Of a stretch of DNA of 35,679 nucleotides, positions 32,593 through 35,679 are shown piece after piece; the stretch's first letter is position 1; each line of letters starts with the position of its first letter. Source of the stretch: Octopus bimaculoides. Taxonomy: Eukaryota. The DNA is taken from contig NC_068985.1 of NCBI RefSeq assembly GCF_001194135.2, positions 114,576,509 to 114,612,187 on the forward strand, given 5' to 3'. The notes beneath the pieces were generated by a model. That model saw nothing but the letters and a program-made list of their open reading frames with translations. It did no database searches and was not told the DNA's origin. The position numbers and the translations under genes were made by a program.

Positions 32593-33173
32593 TTAGTTTA
32601 ACAAGCAGGCTGCTTGGTGAGCCGAATATTTGTATCGACTTCGAACTTCAATTGAAGTATCTTTTTTTTTAATTCTAAAACCAAAATTTCCAGAAGGGAA
32701 TTTTTCATATCGGGGCGAAGTCATGAAAGTGCAAGGAAACTAATAAGTTAGTTGACTTGACACAAGTGAATGATTGGTATGTCTATTGGTATTTGAAGTA
32801 TGAAGGTCAAAGTGCACGGCAAACGATATTTGATACCAGAGCATTCGGAATCAAGGTTACATATCTTGCAAGATTACATATCTTGCAAAGAATGTAGTTC
32901 AGTGCTTTACCATTTAAGAAACTCTACCGTCTGTTTAGAATCGAATTAGCATAATGACAACAACACATGTACTTCATAAGCCTTTGTAGAAAGAGTTAAA
33001 AGGTAAACCCTTTGTCCTTTACTAGTTTCAGCCCGAGAGCTGCGGCCATGCTGGGTCGCGAGTGTGTATGTATGTATGTGTGAGTGCGTGCTTGTGTGTG
33101 AATGTATGGACGAGAGAGTAAAATATGTATGCGTAGATGTCTGATTACACATTCATGTATGTATATATTATGT

Positions 33174-33357
33174 TTGTAAAATTTAGCACAAGGCCAGTAA
33201 GTTCGGGGAGAGAACTAAGTCGATTGGATTGACACCTGTGCTCAACTGGAACGTATTTTATCGACCCCCGAAAGGATGAAAGGCAAAGTCAGCCTCGGCG
33301 GAATTTGAACTCAGAACGTATGGACGACGAAATATCGCAAGGAATTTTGTAAAGCGC
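33174..33357 (-). mobile_element. SINE, family M
   Basis: TTTTATCGACCCCCGAAAGGATGAAAGGCAAAGTCAGCCTCGGCGGAATTTGAACTCAGAACGTA. Confidence 0.9.
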
Positions 33358-33437
33358 AAATGGGGGGGGGGTAGAGAGAGTGAGAGAGTGAGAGAGTGAG
33401 AGAAGATAGATAGATAGATAAGTAGATAGATTGACAG

Positions 33438-33481
<44 letters not shown>

Positions 33482-34121
33482 GAGTGAAAGAAAAGAAGGC
33501 TGTATTATCCTTTACCTTTTACTTGCTTCAGTCGTTTTGATTACGGCCATGCTGGTGCACCGCCTTGATATGATAACAAATAGACGTGTGTGTGTGTATG
33601 TGTGTATGTGTGTAAATGTTGTGTCATATATGTATATCTGTTTGCATTAATGTGTTTGTAGAACTCACACTCACACACACATACACACACACGCACACAC
33701 ACACACACACTTACTGAGAGAGAGCGAAAGTAAAAAGGAAATGTACATTATGGGTTTGATAACAACTAGATTTCTCACGTGTGTATGCGTGTGTGTGTGT
33801 GTGTATGTGTGTGTGTGTATGTGTGTGTGTGTGTGTGTGNNNNNNNNNNNNNNNNNNNNNNNNNNNNNNNNNNNNNNNNNNNNNNNNNNNNNNNNNNNNN
33901 NNNNNNNNNNNNNNNNNNNNNNNNNNNNNNNNNNNNNNNNNNNNNNNNNNNNNNNNNNNNNNNNNNNNNNNNNNNNNNNNNNNNNNNNNNNNNNNNNNNN
34001 NNNNNNNNNNNNNNNNNNNNNNNNNNNNNNNNNNNNNNNNNNNNNNNNNNNNNNNNNNNNNNNNNNNNNNNNNNNNNNNNNNNNNNNNNNNNNNNNNNNN
34101 NNNNNNNNNNNNNNNNNNNNN

Positions 34122-34176
<55 letters not shown>

Positions 34177-34597
34177 GTGCATCCATGTGTGAAATCACTT
34201 TTTCTCCCTATATATTCGTTTATGAGTGTGTAATTATTATTATTATCAGTACATATCTCTCCCTCCCTCCCTCCCTTAACACGCCACCGCAGTTGCCTCC
34301 ATCTCGCCATTCGCAATCCCTATCACCATGAAAACCATATGTTTTTATGATGAAGGCTACGGGTTGTCCCTTTGATTACTTAGATAATGTCTTGGTTCAC
34401 ACACACATACACACATAAATGCAGACACACACACACATACACACAGAGGCTTGTACTCGCATACACATGCGCGCATAGACACAAGCATATAGACACATAT
34501 GCACACACACACATTCACACACACACACACACATTCGCACACATACGCACACACTCATACACACGCACATATACACACAAACATAACACATGTAAAC

Positions 34598-34636
<39 letters not shown>

Positions 34637-34837
34637 CGCGAGTGTGCCGGTGTGTCAGCGCGGGTGTGTACAAGGGTAGGGTGTGACCATACGAAATAAG
34701 ATCAAATAGAGATACATAGAGGGAGGAGAGAAAGAGTCACAGAGAGAGTAAGTAGAGGAGAGAGAGAGAGGGAGATAGAGAGATAGCCATACAAGCACAC
34801 ATGCTCAAACAGATACATTTTCACACATATATTTCGT

Positions 34838-34926
<89 letters not shown>

Positions 34927-35039
34927 GTGAGAGACAAACACAATCACATGCGCACAGAAGCATCCATACACACACATGCACATACACACTCACACACCTA
35001 CACACATACACACACACAGACATTTCGTCTGTTATACAG

Positions 35040-35176
35040 ATGTTCGGAATAGATGCGTCTGGAAAAATCCTCTTCAAGACATAGTTCTACTTAATGCTTT
35101 ATTTATTGGAACCCTATCACTTTCCCATGCAAGCACATTCTCCCTCCCCACGCAAATTGTGGTGCCAACAGGAATG
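35040..35176 (+). other. Candidate exon (137 nt) ending ATG|GTAAGG
   Basis: TTTCGTCTGTTATACAG acceptor and a strong donor; one frame is open (DVRNRCVWKNPLQDIVLLNALFIGTLSLSHASTFSLPTQIVVPTGM); product not recognised. Confidence 0.3.
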
Positions 35177-35324
35177 GTAAGGTTCAGCACCAGTGTTGTC
35201 GTAGACGTTTCCGTCAGGACGGACAAATCCAGAATAGATACTGCAAGACACTCCTTCCAAAATTCTACCAATTCTGCCATTCTTTCATCTGGGATTGGTG
35301 CCTTTGTCATCGTCCGTAAGAGAG

Positions 35325-35370
35325 ACGAAAGACAAAGTTGTCTTTGGCGGGGCTTTGATCTCAGAACGTA
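35325..35370 (-). mobile_element. Diverged family M SINE core fragment
   Basis: GAAAGACAAAGTTGTCTTTGGCGGGGCTTTGATCTCAGAACGTA. Confidence 0.65.
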
Positions 35371-35679
35371 GGATGATCTGGTATTTGACTTTCATATATC
35401 TATATAATTTAGAGAAAAATTTTTAATTAGTAAATACACTAAAAAGAACTATAATAAAATGCAAAGTAATAATCATAAAATAATATTATTATTATTTTAT
35501 TATTATTATTTTATGACTATTACTTATTAAATTTTTCTATATGTGACTGTGGATTTTCATGGATGAGTTCATGAACTTTAGTTCTTTTCTCTTAATTATA
35601 TATTTATATATTATATACTGTGAAATAGGGATTTTTCTCCCTAATATTAATATTATTATTATTACTATTATACATACAT

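Noticed and set aside
32868-32900. 17-bp tandem duplication TTACATATCTTGCAA(G/A); similar micro-duplications at 16423-16452 and 20453-20480
   Set aside because: These are ordinary slippage duplications inside decayed repeats.
35117-35290. Minus-strand frame GRILEGVSCSIYSGFVRPDGNVYDNTGAEPYHSCWHHNLRGEGECACMGK* followed by AATAAA as a last exon
   Set aside because: There is no pyrimidine-rich acceptor, its start overlaps SINE-head-like sequence, and no family is recognised.

Overview
This is AT-rich eukaryotic DNA, very dense in microsatellites, with about 15% of the window in assembly gaps (10 N-runs, nearly all bordered by simple repeats). The repeat content points to a coleoid cephalopod, most likely an Octopus short-read assembly; this is inferred from recognising the repeats, not from a database search. 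I found no intact, identifiable protein-coding gene, and most entries in the ORF track are microsatellite or N-run artefacts. Supported content: (1) a decayed RTE-clade (BovB-like) LINE at about 5.6-7.35 kb and an Expander-like RTE 3' end at about 25.3-25.7 kb; (2) a stack of restriction-like-endonuclease (R4/Dong-type) retrotransposon remnants interleaved with (TAA)n arrays at 12.8-15.05 kb, plus a tail-to-tail pair at 28.75-29.37 kb; (3) a Tx1/L1-clade zf-RVT fragment at about 16.2-16.7 kb; (4) about 20 tRNA-derived SINE copies or fragments in several modular families; (5) a 35-unit 19-bp minisatellite that grew out of a SINE head, a TIR-bounded MITE-like element, a TG..CA solo-LTR-like element, a hammerhead-like Penelope-type terminus, and a dispersed repeat whose hairpin carries a compensatory base-pair change; (6) several well-formed splice signals suggesting the window lies inside a long-intron transcript. 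I found no convincing new biological system. The best leads concern repeat biology and cryptic exons.
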